Of a stretch of DNA of 64,000 nt, positions 37,639 to 49,974 are shown piece after piece. How positions within the stretch are numbered: position 1 is the first letter of the stretch; each line of letters starts with the position of its first letter. The notes beneath the pieces are model-generated. The model made no database searches. It was not told the DNA's origin and saw only the letters and a list, made by a program, of their open reading frames with translations. Position numbers and translations under genes: made by a program. Origin of the DNA: an uncultured Candidatus Rokubacteria bacterium (GTDB lineage: Bacteria > Methylomirabilota > Methylomirabilia > Rokubacteriales > CSP1-6); assembly GCA_963771355.1 (NCBI GenBank), contig CAVYTA010000006.1, forward strand, positions 1,536,001 through 1,600,000, read 5' to 3'.

Positions 37639-40600
37639 CGGCTGGGCTCTCCGGTTGGGACGGGACTGGTGAGGGGGAGCACGACGCGGAACGAGGCGCC
37701 CGCGCCCGGGCTCGAGTGGACCTCGATGCGGCCGGCGTGCTCGGTGACGATGCCCTGGGCGAGGGCCAGGCCGAGCCCGGTGCCCTGGCCCGGCGGTTTG
37801 GTGGTGAAGAAGGGATCGAAGAGTCGGGGCAGGATCGCCTCGGGAATGCCCGGCCCCGCGTCGCGGAACTCGATCTCCGCCTCCCCGCCGCGCACGCGCG
37901 TGGAGACCGTGAGGCGGCCTCGTCCCTCCATGGCCTCCAGCGCGTTGGCGGCGATGCCGAGAAAGACCTGGCGCAGCTGCCCCTCGTTGGCGATCACCGG
38001 CGGCAGGGCGGGATCGAACTCGGTGACCATCTCGCTGGAGGCGAAGCGCGGCTGGTGGCGCAGCAGCTCCAGCGTCCGCTCCACCAGCGCGTTCACGTCG
38101 GTGGCGCCCCGCCGGCTGCCGGGATCGCGGACGAAGCGGAGCAGGCTGCCGGTGAACTCCTTGCACCGGTAGGCCTCCTCTTCGATGAGCGCGAGATAGC
38201 TCGGGAAGTCGCGGAAGGCGTCCAGCCCGGCGAGACGCGGATCGCGGGCGCGCTCCCGCAGCGCTTCCGCGCAGCCGGCGATGGTGGCGAGGGGGTTGTT
38301 GATCTCGTGCGCCACGCCTGCCACCAGCCGCCCCGCGGTGGTGAGGCGCTCGGTGAGGAGCATCTGCCGCTCGAGGCGCTTCGGCAGGGTGATGTCCTCG
38401 ATCAGCAGGATGGCATGGGTGACGCGATGGTGGGGGCCCCGCAAGGGCGCCGCGGTGAGCCGGAGCATGCGCGTCTCCGCCGCCACCACCATCTCCTCCT
38501 CGGTCTGGTGCACCTCACCGTCCACGAGCACCCCCTCGAGAAAGCCGCGCACCGCGGCGGCCTTGGCGGGGGGCACGCGGTCGAGAAAGTCGGCGCCGGT
38601 GGCCGGCTCGCCGGTGAGCACGGTGGCGCCCTCGCGGTTGGCGCTCACCACCGTGAGGTCGCGATCGAGCACGTAGAGCCCCAGCGGCAGGGTCTCCAGC
38701 ACCACCTCCACGAAGCGCTTCTGCTCGTCCAGCTCGCGGGTCCGCTCGACCACCATGGCCTCCAGCCGCTCCGAGTAGGTCCGCACCGAGCTGAAGAGCC
38801 GGGCGTGCTCGAGGGCGAGCGCCGCCTGGTCCGCGAAGGCGGAGGCGAGGGCCACCTCGTGGACCTGGAAGTGATGCACGTCGGTGCGCAGGGCGGTGAG
38901 CGCGCCCAGGGTGCGGCCGCTCGCGACGAGGGGCACCGCGAGCATGGAGCGCAGCCCGCCTGCCACCGCGGGCTGGGGGAAGGCGCGCGGGTCGTTCCAG
39001 AGATCCGCGCTCTGCAGCGGCCGGCCTTCCGCGACGGCGAGACCGGTGATGCCCTGGCCTACCCGCACCCGGATCTGGCCCACCCGGGCCGGCCCCTCGT
39101 CCAGACTCGCCACCGAGGTCAGCTCGCCGGTGGCCTCGTCGAGCGTGAAGATGCTTCCCGACTGCACGCCCAGCACCTCGCGCGCCTGGTGAAGGATGAC
39201 GCGGATGGTCTCGCCGAGCTCGAGGCTCTGGCTCACCGCGCGGCCTGCCGCCAGGAGGGCCTCGGTCTCTCGCGCGCGGCGCTGGCTCTCCTCGAAGAAC
39301 CGCGCGTTCTGGATGGCGATGCCCGCCTGCTCCGCGAAGGCCTCCAGCAGGGTCTCTTCCCGGGAGGAAAAGTAGCCCGGCTCGCGCGAGTAGGCGGAAA
39401 TCACCCCGATCACGGCGGCGCCCGTCCGTAGCGGCACCGACAGCATGGCGCGAATTCCCTCTCTCTCGTCGATCACGGCGTCGGAGGTGCGGGGATCTCC
39501 ACGCATGTCCTCCACCCGGAACGGCGTGCCGGAGGCCGCCGCCCGCCCGATGATGCCGGCTCCCACCTTCGTGGACAGCGTCCGCCACTCCGCGGTGCGG
39601 GAGCCGTGCGCGGCCACGTGCTCGACGACGTTACCCTCCGCATTGAGCAGGCCGATGCCGCAGCCGGCGCTGCCGATCAGCGCGTTCACCGATCGGCTGA
39701 TGGTGGCGAGCACGGCGGGAAGGTGCAGCCGGGCGCTGATGAGCCGGCTCGTCTCGTTGAGCGCGCCCAGCGCCTCCGCGCGACGGAGCGTCTCGGCGTG
39801 GAGCCGGGCGTGCTCGATGGCGGAGGCCAGCGGGAGGGCCACCTCGGAGAGGATCTCCACGTCTTCCGCGCTGAAGGCGCGCGGGGTGGAGTGGCCCACG
39901 AAGAGGGAGCCGATGACCTCGCCCTGGGTGATGAGCGGCGCGAGCACCGCCGACTGGAAGCCGCGGCGCAGGAAGCGCTCGCGGCTCACCGGCGGCAGGC
40001 GCGGGTCGGAGAGATCGTCGATCCGGATCGGCGCGCGCTGCTCGGCCACCCACTGGGCGATGGAGCCCGCGCTGGGCAGGCGCATATCGCGCGCCTCCGT
40101 GCCGAGGGGGTCGTCGGGGCTCACCACGATGTCGACGAGGCGGAGCTCCTGCCGCTCGCGGTCCAGAAGACCCACGCCCAGCGCGGAGAAGCGGATGAGG
40201 CGCGCCACCGCCCGCGCGACCGCCTGGTAGACGCCGGCCAGGTCCAGCGCCGAGCTGGCGAGGGAGGTGACCTCGTTGACAACTTCCAAGCGGCGCGTGC
40301 GCTGGTGGAGCTGCCACACCTGGGCCATCGCGAGGCCGAACTCCTCCGGAAAGCCCAGCGGGATCCGGTCGGCGTGCAGGCCGCCGCGGCCGCCGGGACC
40401 GAGCAGGACGAAGCGACCCGTGGGCGCCGCGGGCTCGCCGAGGCTCGCGCGCAGCAGGCAGGGCCGCCCGCGGCGGCGCCAGCCCGGTGGAGGCTCGCGC
40501 AGCGTCCGGAAGGACACGCCTCGCGCGGGCTCGGCCAGCCGCTGGCCGATCCAGGTCTCCAGCGCCGAGCCCGGCCGCGGCCCCACCGTGACCTGGATGC

Positions 40601-40751
40601 GGCTGCCGCCCGCGGGCGTGAAGAGGAGGCCGCCCGCCACCGCGCCGGAATCCTCCACCAAGCGGCGGAGGGTCCGGGCGAATCCGGCCTCCGGCGATGC
40701 CGCCCGTCCCAGCGTGGCCAGGAGATCCGGGAACAGCCGCCCGATCTTCAT
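37635..40751 (-). CDS. Cytoplasmic multi-GAF - PAS histidine kinase
   Basis: Three GAF-like repeats (APLITQGEVIG, VPLRTGAAVIG, VPLVASGRTLG; AIEHARL/AIQNAR); H-box AHEINNPL; PFFTTK..GTGLGL. Confidence 0.9.
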
Positions 40752-40770
40752 CTCCCGGTCCTCACCGTCC

Positions 40771-42360
40771 TTACGACGGGGACAGCACGCGGCCGGGCAG
40801 GGCGCCGGTGTGCTCGCCGCCCTCGACGACCACGCGGCCGTTGACGAGGACGTGGCTGATTCCCGCCGCGTACCGGTGCGGCTCCTCGTAGGTCGCGCGG
40901 TCGATGATCCGCGCGGCGTCGAAGGCGACCACGTCGGCGCGCGCCCCCACCCGCAGCACCCCACGATCACCCAGCCCCAGCCGGTCGGCGGGCAGCCCGG
41001 TCATCTTCCGCACCGCCTCCGGCAGGGCGATGACCCGCTCGTCCCGCGCATAGCGGCCGAGGACCCGCGGGAAGGTCCCATAGCTCCGCGGGTGCGGCTG
41101 GCCGGCGGCCATGGGGCCTTCCACCGCCAGCGACGAGCCGTCGGAGCCGATCATCACGTGCGGGTGCACGAGGGCGGTGCGGAAGTCCGCCTCGTCCAGC
41201 TGAAACAGGATGACGCTGCCCTTGCCCGCCTCGTCCACGAGGAGGTCCATCGCCGCCTCCAGCGGGTCCTGCCCACGGGTCGCCGCGATCTCCGAGACCC
41301 GCCGGCCCTGGGCATCCGGCCGCGCGACCGCATAGGCGATCATCACGTCCTCCCAGCCGATGCCGCGGCTGAGGATGCCCGCACCGCCGTTGATCTCCGC
41401 GCGGATGCGCGCGCGCGCGGCGGGGTCGGTGAGTCGGCCCAGCATGGCCTCGATGCCGCCCTCGAGCACCCAGTCGGGCAGAAGCGTCCGGAGCGAGGTG
41501 CTGGACGCGGTATACGGGTACACGTCCGCGCGCACGTCGAGCCCCTCCGCGCGCGCGGCGTCGATGAGGACCAGCGCGTCCTTGACCCGTCCCCAGTGGG
41601 CGCGTCCCGCCGCCTTGATGTGGCTCACCTGCACCGGCAAGCCACCCGCGCGCCCGACCTGGATGGCCTCGCGGACGGCCTCCAGCAGCGTCGCGCCCTC
41701 GCCGCGGATATGGCTCGCGTAGATCCCGCGCCGGGCCCCCGCGCGCTTCGCGATACCGACGATCTCGTCGGTGGCGGCGTAGGAGCCGGGAGCGTAGATG
41801 AGCCCGGTGGCGAGCCCGGCGGCGCCGTCCGCCATGGACTCGTCCATCAGCCGCTCCATGGTGGCCTGCTCGCGCGCGGTGGGCGGCCGGCGCGCGAAGC
41901 CCATGGCGGCGAGCCGCAGCGTGCCGTGACCGATGAGCTGCACGACGTTCAGCGCCACGCCCTCGTCCTCGTAGCGGCGCAGATAGTCGCGGGTGGAGCG
42001 CCAGGAGAAGTCCATGCCCTCCGGCACGTAGAGGGCGAAGCCGCGGATCTCCTCGTGGAACTCGTCGGAGAGGGGCGCGGGAGAAAAGCCGCAGTTGCCC
42101 ACCACCTCGGTGGTCACGCCCTGGCGGATCTTGGACTCCGCCCGGCGATTTCCCCACAGCCGCCAGTCCGAGTGCGAGTGGATGTCGATGAAGCCGGGCG
42201 TCACGGTGAGCCCGGCGACGTCGAGGGTGCGGCCGGCGCCCTCGTGCGCGAGATCGCCCACTGCCTCGATGCGATCGCCCGTGATGCCCACGTCCGCGCG
42301 CCGCGGGGGCGCGCCGGTGCCGTCGATGACGGCCCCGCCGGCGATCTTGAGGTCAAACAC
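40771..42360 (-). CDS. N-acyl-D-amino-acid deacylase (D-aminoacylase)
   Basis: IDGTG, PGFIDIHSHSD, QGVTTEVVGNCG, SHIRGE, HPRSYGTFPR. GTG start. Confidence 0.9.
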   Translation of the reverse strand: MFDLKIAGGAVIDGTGAPPRRADVGITGDRIEAVGDLAHEGAGRTLDVAGLTVTPGFIDIHSHSDWRLWGNRRAESKIRQGVTTEVVGNCGFSPAPLSDEFHEEIRGFALYVPEGMDFSWRSTRDYLRRYEDEGVALNVVQLIGHGTLRLAAMGFARRPPTAREQATMERLMDESMADGAAGLATGLIYAPGSYAATDEIVGIAKRAGARRGIYASHIRGEGATLLEAVREAIQVGRAGGLPVQVSHIKAAGRAHWGRVKDALVLIDAARAEGLDVRADVYPYTASSTSLRTLLPDWVLEGGIEAMLGRLTDPAARARIRAEINGGAGILSRGIGWEDVMIAYAVARPDAQGRRVSEIAATRGQDPLEAAMDLLVDEAGKGSVILFQLDEADFRTALVHPHVMIGSDGSSLAVEGPMAAGQPHPRSYGTFPRVLGRYARDERVIALPEAVRKMTGLPADRLGLGDRGVLRVGARADVVAFDAARIIDRATYEEPHRYAAGISHVLVNGRVVVEGGEHTGALPGRVLSPS

Positions 42361-43709
42361 GGGGCGCCTCCCGGAAGTCGAGGACGGACTCGCACCATGC
42401 GGCGGCGCCGAGGAGGCGCGCTTCCGCGAAGACGCCCCCCACGAGCTGCAGCGAGAGGGGCAGGCCCTCCCGCGCGATCCCGCTCGGCAGCGCGATGGAC
42501 GGCATGCCGGCATGGCTCCACGGCGCGCAGAAGTACGGGTCACCGGTGGACTCGAGCCCGCGCGGCGCGGGCCCGGGAGCGGTGGGGGTGAGGAGCGCGT
42601 CGTAGCGCAGGGCGGTGGGCGCCATCTCGTCCCGGAACCGACGGAGGTGGCCGCGGGCGGCGAGGAAGTCCACCGCCCGGATGCCCTGCCCGACGGTCAG
42701 GGCCTCCCGGATCTTGGGCGGATACTCCTCGGCGAGCCGCGGGAAGTTCGGCGCGTGATAGGCGGCGGCCTCGGCGCGCACTACCACCTGCCCGGAATCG
42801 TGGAGGCCCGCGAAGGACGACGGCAGGGGCACATCGATGAGGGTAGCGCCGGCGGCGGCCAGGCGGCGCATCACCTCGCCCAGGTGCTCGACGTTCTCGG
42901 GCGCGGCGCGCTCGACGAGGGCGCGCAGCACGCCGATGCGCGGGGCGGGCCCGGGGCCGGCTCCGAGGCCGGCCAGGTAGTCGTCCACCGGATGCGGGAC
43001 GGACAATGGGTCGGCGCGGTCGGGCCCGGCGAGGATCTGGAGTGTGAGCGCCACGTCCTCCACCGCCCGCGCGAAGATGCCCACATGGTCATTGCTCCAG
43101 GAGAGCGGCACGACGCCGGCGGCGCTGATGCGGCCGTGGGTGGGCTTGAAGCCCACCACCCCGCAGTAGGCGGCCGGCCGCAGGACCGACCCCACCGTCT
43201 GCGAGCCGAGGGCCAGCGGCACCATGCGCGCACCCACCGCCGCGGCGGAGCCCGAGGATGAGCCGCCGGGCGTGTGCTCGGCATTCCAGGGGTTGGGGGT
43301 CGGGCTCGGGTCCATCAGGGCAAAGGTGGTGGTGGTCACCTTGCCGAGAATCACCGCGCCCGCCGCGCGCAGGCGCGCCACCGAGGCGGCATCGGTGCCG
43401 GGCTGGCGATGCGCGAAGGCGTTCGCGCCCGCGCGCGTCGGCATGCCGGCCACGTCGAAGATGTCCTTGAGGGCCACCGGCACGCCGTGCAGCGGACCGA
43501 CGAAGGCGCCCGCGGCGGCCTGGGCCGCCCGCTCGCGCGCCGTCCGCCGCGCGCCCTCGCGGTCGAGGTGCACCCAGGCCTTCACGGTGGGCTCGATCTT
43601 GTCGATGCGCTCGAGCAGCGCCTCGACCCACTCCACTGGATCCATCTGGCGCGCACGCACACGTCGAGCACCTTCAGCCGCGGTAAGGGAAGCGAAAGCG
43701 GATTGTGTA

Positions 43710-43714
<5 letters not shown>
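42353..43714 (-). CDS. Amidase signature family protein (start possibly ATT at 43714)
   Basis: GPLHGVPVALKD, GKVTT, TPGGSSSGSAAAV, GSQTVGSVLRPAAYCG. Confidence 0.88.
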
Positions 43715-45557
<1,843 letters not shown>

Positions 45558-45559
45558 CG

Positions 45560-46102
45560 CTAGGCGCCCGCCGCGCGCGCGGCGCCGGCGCCCCGCGCGC
45601 GCTCGGCGAGCAGCAGCGCCACGCGCGCCGCGACCTGATCGGCCCCGAGCGCGCTGGTGTCCACGGTGAGGTCGGCGCGGCGATAGAAGGGCTCGCGCGC
45701 GCGATAGAGCGCCTCCACGTCGGCGGGTGTGCGGCCGGCCAGCATGGGCCGCTCGCCCGCGCGCTGGGCGCGCGCGTAGAGGCTCGCAAAGTCGCCCCCC
45801 AGCCACACCACCGTGCCCAGCTCGCGGAGCGCCTCCGGCATGCCCGGGCGGCAGGGCAGCCCGCCGCCGGTGGCGATGACGTCACCCCGCTTGAGGGCGA
45901 GGAGCCGGACCGCCTCTGCCTCGGCGGCGCGGAAATATTCCTCGCCGTGGGTCGCGAAGATGGTGGGGATCGAGCAGCCCTCGCGGGCGATGATCATGTC
46001 GTCGGTCTCGACGAAGCACCGGCCGAGGCGGCGGGCGAGCAGCCGGCCCACTGAAGACTTCCCCGCCCCCATGAAGCCCACCAGAATGACGTTGTCCGCC
46101 AT
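45560..46102 (-). CDS. aroK: Shikimate kinase
   Basis: LVGFMGAGKSSVG, GEEYFR, VIATGGG, RPML, REPFY. Confidence 0.92.
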   Translation of the reverse strand: MADNVILVGFMGAGKSSVGRLLARRLGRCFVETDDMIIAREGCSIPTIFATHGEEYFRAAEAEAVRLLALKRGDVIATGGGLPCRPGMPEALRELGTVVWLGGDFASLYARAQRAGERPMLAGRTPADVEALYRAREPFYRRADLTVDTSALGADQVAARVALLLAERARGAGAARAAGA

Positions 46103-46114
46103 GTTCCAGCCATC

Positions 46115-46624
46115 CTAGCAGATTCGCGCCGAGCCCCGGCGCGCCCGCGCGACCACGTCCTCCATGCGGTAGCCGTAGAGCTGCGGGGGAGTGGCGCCGG
46201 CCTCGGCCAGCCAGCAGTCGAGCTGGCTGCGGTGGTGCACCTCGTGCTCGACCATGGCCATGAGGAAGCGCCAGAGCCGCATGGTCTGGCCCTCGAGGTC
46301 ACGGATCGACTCCTCGAGCCGCGTGTCCGGCACCGTCGCGAGCCGCGCCATCTCCCGCGCGTGGCCGTCCGAAAGCAGCGCCCGAGTGGCCGCGAGCTCG
46401 CGCTCCGGCCCGGGATCGAGGTCCTCCGTCCACCGGTCGTCGACCACGCGGGCCACGAAGAAGCGCTCCGCGCCCGCCAGGTGCCGGACGATGGCGCCGC
46501 AGCTCCACTCGTCAGGCCGCGGGCGCCAGCCCACCAGGGCCGGCGTGACGCGGTCCACCGCCACCCAGGTGCGGCGCCGCACCCCCTCGAAGTACCGGAT
46601 GAAGTCGGCGACGGAGCGGATCAT
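46115..46624 (-). CDS. DinB/YfiT-like four-helix bundle protein
   Basis: WSCGAIVRHL ... EHEVHHRSQL His triad. Confidence 0.85.
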   Translation of the reverse strand: MIRSVADFIRYFEGVRRRTWVAVDRVTPALVGWRPRPDEWSCGAIVRHLAGAERFFVARVVDDRWTEDLDPGPERELAATRALLSDGHAREMARLATVPDTRLEESIRDLEGQTMRLWRFLMAMVEHEVHHRSQLDCWLAEAGATPPQLYGYRMEDVVARARRGSARIC

Positions 46625-47655
46625 GCGGGGTCGCCCTCCGCGCGGTTCATGGGCTCGACGTAGAGCGCGCGGACGACCTCCCACACGCCGGCGAGCACGG
46701 GAATGGCGACCAGCGCGCCCACCACGCCGGCGAGCTGGGCGCCGGCGAGAATGGCGAGCAGCACGGCGACCGGGTGCAGCCCGGTGGCGCGTCCCACGAA
46801 CTGCGGAACGAGCACCTTGCCCTCGACGAGATTCGCGCCCCAGAAGAGCAGGCCCGTCCAGACCCCCAGCATCGGCGAGATATTGACCGCGCTCACGATG
46901 CCCAGCACCGCCGCCGCCGGCGAGCCGAGAAAGGGCACCACGTTCAGCGCAAAGGCGATGCCGCCGATGAGCAACCAGTACGGCACGCCCAGCAGCGCCA
47001 GCCCCACCGCGATCATCGTCCCCACGCAGAGGCTTACCACCAGCTGCCCGCGCACGTAGCCGCCCATCACGGCGAGCACGCGCGGGGCGAGCGCGAGGGC
47101 GTGCGCGCGGGGGCGGGGTGGGAGCATTCGCGCGAGGGAAAACCCGATGCGCTCGGCGTCCAGCACCAGGTAGGCGGCCAGCACCAGCACGAGGAAGAAT
47201 CCGACCACCGCGCCGAGCATACCCGCCGTCGCGCGCAGCGTATTTTCAAGGAGCACCTGGCCCACCTTCTGGAGGCCGTCGGCCCCCGCGGTCGGCGGGG
47301 GAAGGGGCAGCTCCCAGTGGGCCACCCACGCGAGCACGCGCCGGATCAGCCCGCGGGCGTTCTCGAGGTGCAAGGGCAGCTGCTGGACGAACTCCCGCGT
47401 CTGCTCGGCGAGGGCGGGAACGAGGAACCGCCCCAGCACCGCGAGCACCAGCGCAAAGCCCGCGTAGACGGCGATCACGGTCACCAGGCGCGGGATGCGC
47501 CGCTGGTCACCCCAGCGGGCGGCGGGCAGGATGGCGGCGGCGAGGATGACCGCGGTGAGCAGGACCATCCAGATCTGCCAGGTCTGGACCAGCACCCAGG
47601 CGGCGAAGACGGCGAGCGCGACGCGCCCGATGGTGCTCCAGGACAACGGGGTCAC
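46621..47655 (-). CDS. AI-2E family transporter
   Basis: GYVRGQL, NVVPFLG, NLVEGKVLVP, GLHP, GALVAIP. GTGA overlap. Confidence 0.88.
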   Translation of the reverse strand: MTPLSWSTIGRVALAVFAAWVLVQTWQIWMVLLTAVILAAAILPAARWGDQRRIPRLVTVIAVYAGFALVLAVLGRFLVPALAEQTREFVQQLPLHLENARGLIRRVLAWVAHWELPLPPPTAGADGLQKVGQVLLENTLRATAGMLGAVVGFFLVLVLAAYLVLDAERIGFSLARMLPPRPRAHALALAPRVLAVMGGYVRGQLVVSLCVGTMIAVGLALLGVPYWLLIGGIAFALNVVPFLGSPAAAVLGIVSAVNISPMLGVWTGLLFWGANLVEGKVLVPQFVGRATGLHPVAVLLAILAGAQLAGVVGALVAIPVLAGVWEVVRALYVEPMNRAEGDPA

Positions 47656-48386
47656 CGTCGCACCGTGGCGACGGCGGGCGCCCGCCGGTAGGCGCAGTCG
47701 CGCATCCAGCAGCGCCGGCACTGGGTGAAGTAGTGGTCCACCCTGGCCTCGGGCCCGATCCCCACCAGCAGGGTGATGGTCTTGCCCGGCGTCATGAAGC
47801 ACGCCTCGTTGAGGTGGACGCCGATGGGCTCGCCGTCGCAGAGCTGGAACAGCGCGCGCTGCTCCGCGGTATCCCAGCCGGCATAGCCCGGGCTGATGCG
47901 GTTGGTGACCTGCAGCTGCTCGCCGAGGCCGACCTGGCAGAGAAGATCGTTCACGTACTCGGCCAGGCTCTCCACCGCCGCCGAGCCCACGCTGTCGAGC
48001 ATGACCGCCAGGGGGAACTCTCGCACGTCGAAGAGCGCGCGCACGCGCTCCTCGATGGCGTCCCCCACCGTGCAGATTGCCGCTCCCACCGCGGTGAGCG
48101 GGCCCCACAGCCGGTCGATCTGGGGAATGTGCAGCGCCTCGCCGCCGGCCTCGATGAGGCCGGGCCCCTGCCCCGTCACCGCGCGGGCCCGGTAGACCAC
48201 TCGCGGGTACATGAGGCTCTCGCCGAGCGCGAGCGCCTCGTCGAAGATGGCGCGCACCTCGGCGGTGGGCACGTCGACGCCCTTCTTGTAGCCCTGGAAG
48301 CGCAGCACCTCGTCGGGATCGACGCGGAGGGGGAGCCCGTCGAGCACGACGGGCCCGGGGGCCAGGACAGACGGCAGACCGCTCAC
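47652..48386 (-). CDS. Stand-alone B12-dependent methionine synthase activation (AdoMet-binding) domain protein
   Basis: AICTVG, LDSVGSAAVE, RISPGYAGW, GVHLNEACFMTPGKT; C-terminal CRRCWMRDCAYRR. Confidence 0.8.
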   Translation of the reverse strand: MSGLPSVLAPGPVVLDGLPLRVDPDEVLRFQGYKKGVDVPTAEVRAIFDEALALGESLMYPRVVYRARAVTGQGPGLIEAGGEALHIPQIDRLWGPLTAVGAAICTVGDAIEERVRALFDVREFPLAVMLDSVGSAAVESLAEYVNDLLCQVGLGEQLQVTNRISPGYAGWDTAEQRALFQLCDGEPIGVHLNEACFMTPGKTITLLVGIGPEARVDHYFTQCRRCWMRDCAYRRAPAVATVRR

Positions 48387-49306
48387 CGCTTGCGGCGGGC
48401 GCGCGCCACCTCGGCGATGAGCCGGATGTGCTCGGGGCCGGATCCGCAGCAGGCCCCCACGATATTGCATCCCGCATCGAGCAGCGCCGGATAGTCCTTG
48501 GCCATGGCCTCCGGCCCGAGCTCGTAGGTGGTGACGTCACCCTTGGTGATGGGCAGCCCGGCATTTGGATAGGCGATCAGGGGAGCATCGGTGACCGCGC
48601 GCATCTCGCGGATGATGGTGATGGCGCGATCGGGCCCGCGGCCGCAGTTCATTCCCACGATGTCGGCGCCCGCGGCGAGGAGGGTCTTCGCCACCTCGGC
48701 GGGACTCTCGCCCCACATGGTGCGGTCGCGATCGTGCTGCTCCTCGTACTGGAAAAACATGGTGGCCATCACGGGGAGGTCCGTCACCGCCTTGCAGGCG
48801 GCGATGGCCGCCGTCGCCTCCTGCGGGAACATCATGGTCTCGACGGCGAAGATGTCGACGCCACCCTCGGCGAGCGCCTCCGCCTGCTCGGTGAACGTCT
48901 CGAGGTACTGCGCGTCGGTGGCGACGTTGTCGCCCACGCCGTAGTCGGCGGGGACGCAGGAGGTCGGCCCGATGGAGCCCGCCACCCAGCGGCCCGGCGG
49001 ACACACCGCGCGCGCCAGCCGCGCCCCCTTGACGTTCAGCTCGCGGGTGCGGTCGCCGATCCGGTACTCGTTGAGCTTGAGGCGGGTGCCGCCGAAGGTG
49101 TTCGTCTCGACGAAATCGGAGCCGGCGTCGAAGTAGCCCCCGTGGATGCCGCGCACCACCTCGGCGTGCGAGTCGTTCCACACCTCCGGGCAGGCCCCGT
49201 TGAGGAGGCCGGCGTCGAAGAGCGCGGTCCCGTAGCCCCCGTCGAAGACGAGGAGCTCGCCCGCCTTGACGCGCTGGACGATTTCCCAGCCGGAGGATCT
49301 GGTCAT
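48383..49306 (-). CDS. Stand-alone homocysteine S-methyltransferase (MetH Hcy-binding module)
   Basis: FDGGYGT, ETNTFG, GSIGPT, ETM, GMNC, PNAGLP, GACCG (three Zn cysteines). Confidence 0.88.
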   Translation of the reverse strand: MTRSSGWEIVQRVKAGELLVFDGGYGTALFDAGLLNGACPEVWNDSHAEVVRGIHGGYFDAGSDFVETNTFGGTRLKLNEYRIGDRTRELNVKGARLARAVCPPGRWVAGSIGPTSCVPADYGVGDNVATDAQYLETFTEQAEALAEGGVDIFAVETMMFPQEATAAIAACKAVTDLPVMATMFFQYEEQHDRDRTMWGESPAEVAKTLLAAGADIVGMNCGRGPDRAITIIREMRAVTDAPLIAYPNAGLPITKGDVTTYELGPEAMAKDYPALLDAGCNIVGACCGSGPEHIRLIAEVARARRKR

Positions 49307-49974
49307 GTGGCGGCGGGCACTCCGAGGAGCTCTTTGGCGCGGACGACGGCGAGGGTGGAGTCCCGGGCGTAGCCGTCGGCGCCGATCTCATCGGCATACG
49401 CCTGGCTCACCGGAGCGCCCCCGATCATCACCTTGACCCGCTCACGGTGGCCGGCCTTGCTCAGCGCGTCGATCGTCCGCTTCATCGCCGGCATGGTCGT
49501 GGTCATCAGCGCGGAGATCCCCACGATCTGGGCGCCGTGCTCCTCGACGGCGGCGACGAACTTCTCGGGCGCCACGTCGCGCCCGAGGTTGATCACCTTG
49601 AAGCCCGCCCCCTCCAGCATCATGGCCACCAGGTTCTTGCCGATGTCGTGGAGGTCACCCTGCGCGGTGCCGATCACGATCACGCCCAGGTCCTGCTGCT
49701 CGCGGGCGGCGGCAGTGATGAGGGGCTTGAGGAGATCGAGCCCGGCGTACATCGCCCGCGCGGACAGGAGCACCTGGGGCACGTAGTATTCGTTGCGCCG
49801 GAACTTCTCCCCCACCACGTCCATGCCGGGGATGAGCCCCCGGAAGATGAGCTCCTTGGGGTCCATCGAGCGGGCCAAGCCGTCCTGGGTCTTCCGGGCC
49901 ACCGTGTCCTTGTCCCCGAGAATCAGAGCGCGCGACATGGTGGGGTAGTCGAACTCCTCGGGCGGATCACTCAT
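49303..49974 (-). CDS. Corrinoid (B12)-binding protein (cap + Rossmann domains)
   Basis: GMDVVGEKF...YVPQVLLSARAM cap; GDLHDIGKNLV (DxHxxG); SALMTTT; IGGAP. Confidence 0.92.
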   Translation of the reverse strand: MSDPPEEFDYPTMSRALILGDKDTVARKTQDGLARSMDPKELIFRGLIPGMDVVGEKFRRNEYYVPQVLLSARAMYAGLDLLKPLITAAAREQQDLGVIVIGTAQGDLHDIGKNLVAMMLEGAGFKVINLGRDVAPEKFVAAVEEHGAQIVGISALMTTTMPAMKRTIDALSKAGHRERVKVMIGGAPVSQAYADEIGADGYARDSTLAVVRAKELLGVPAAT

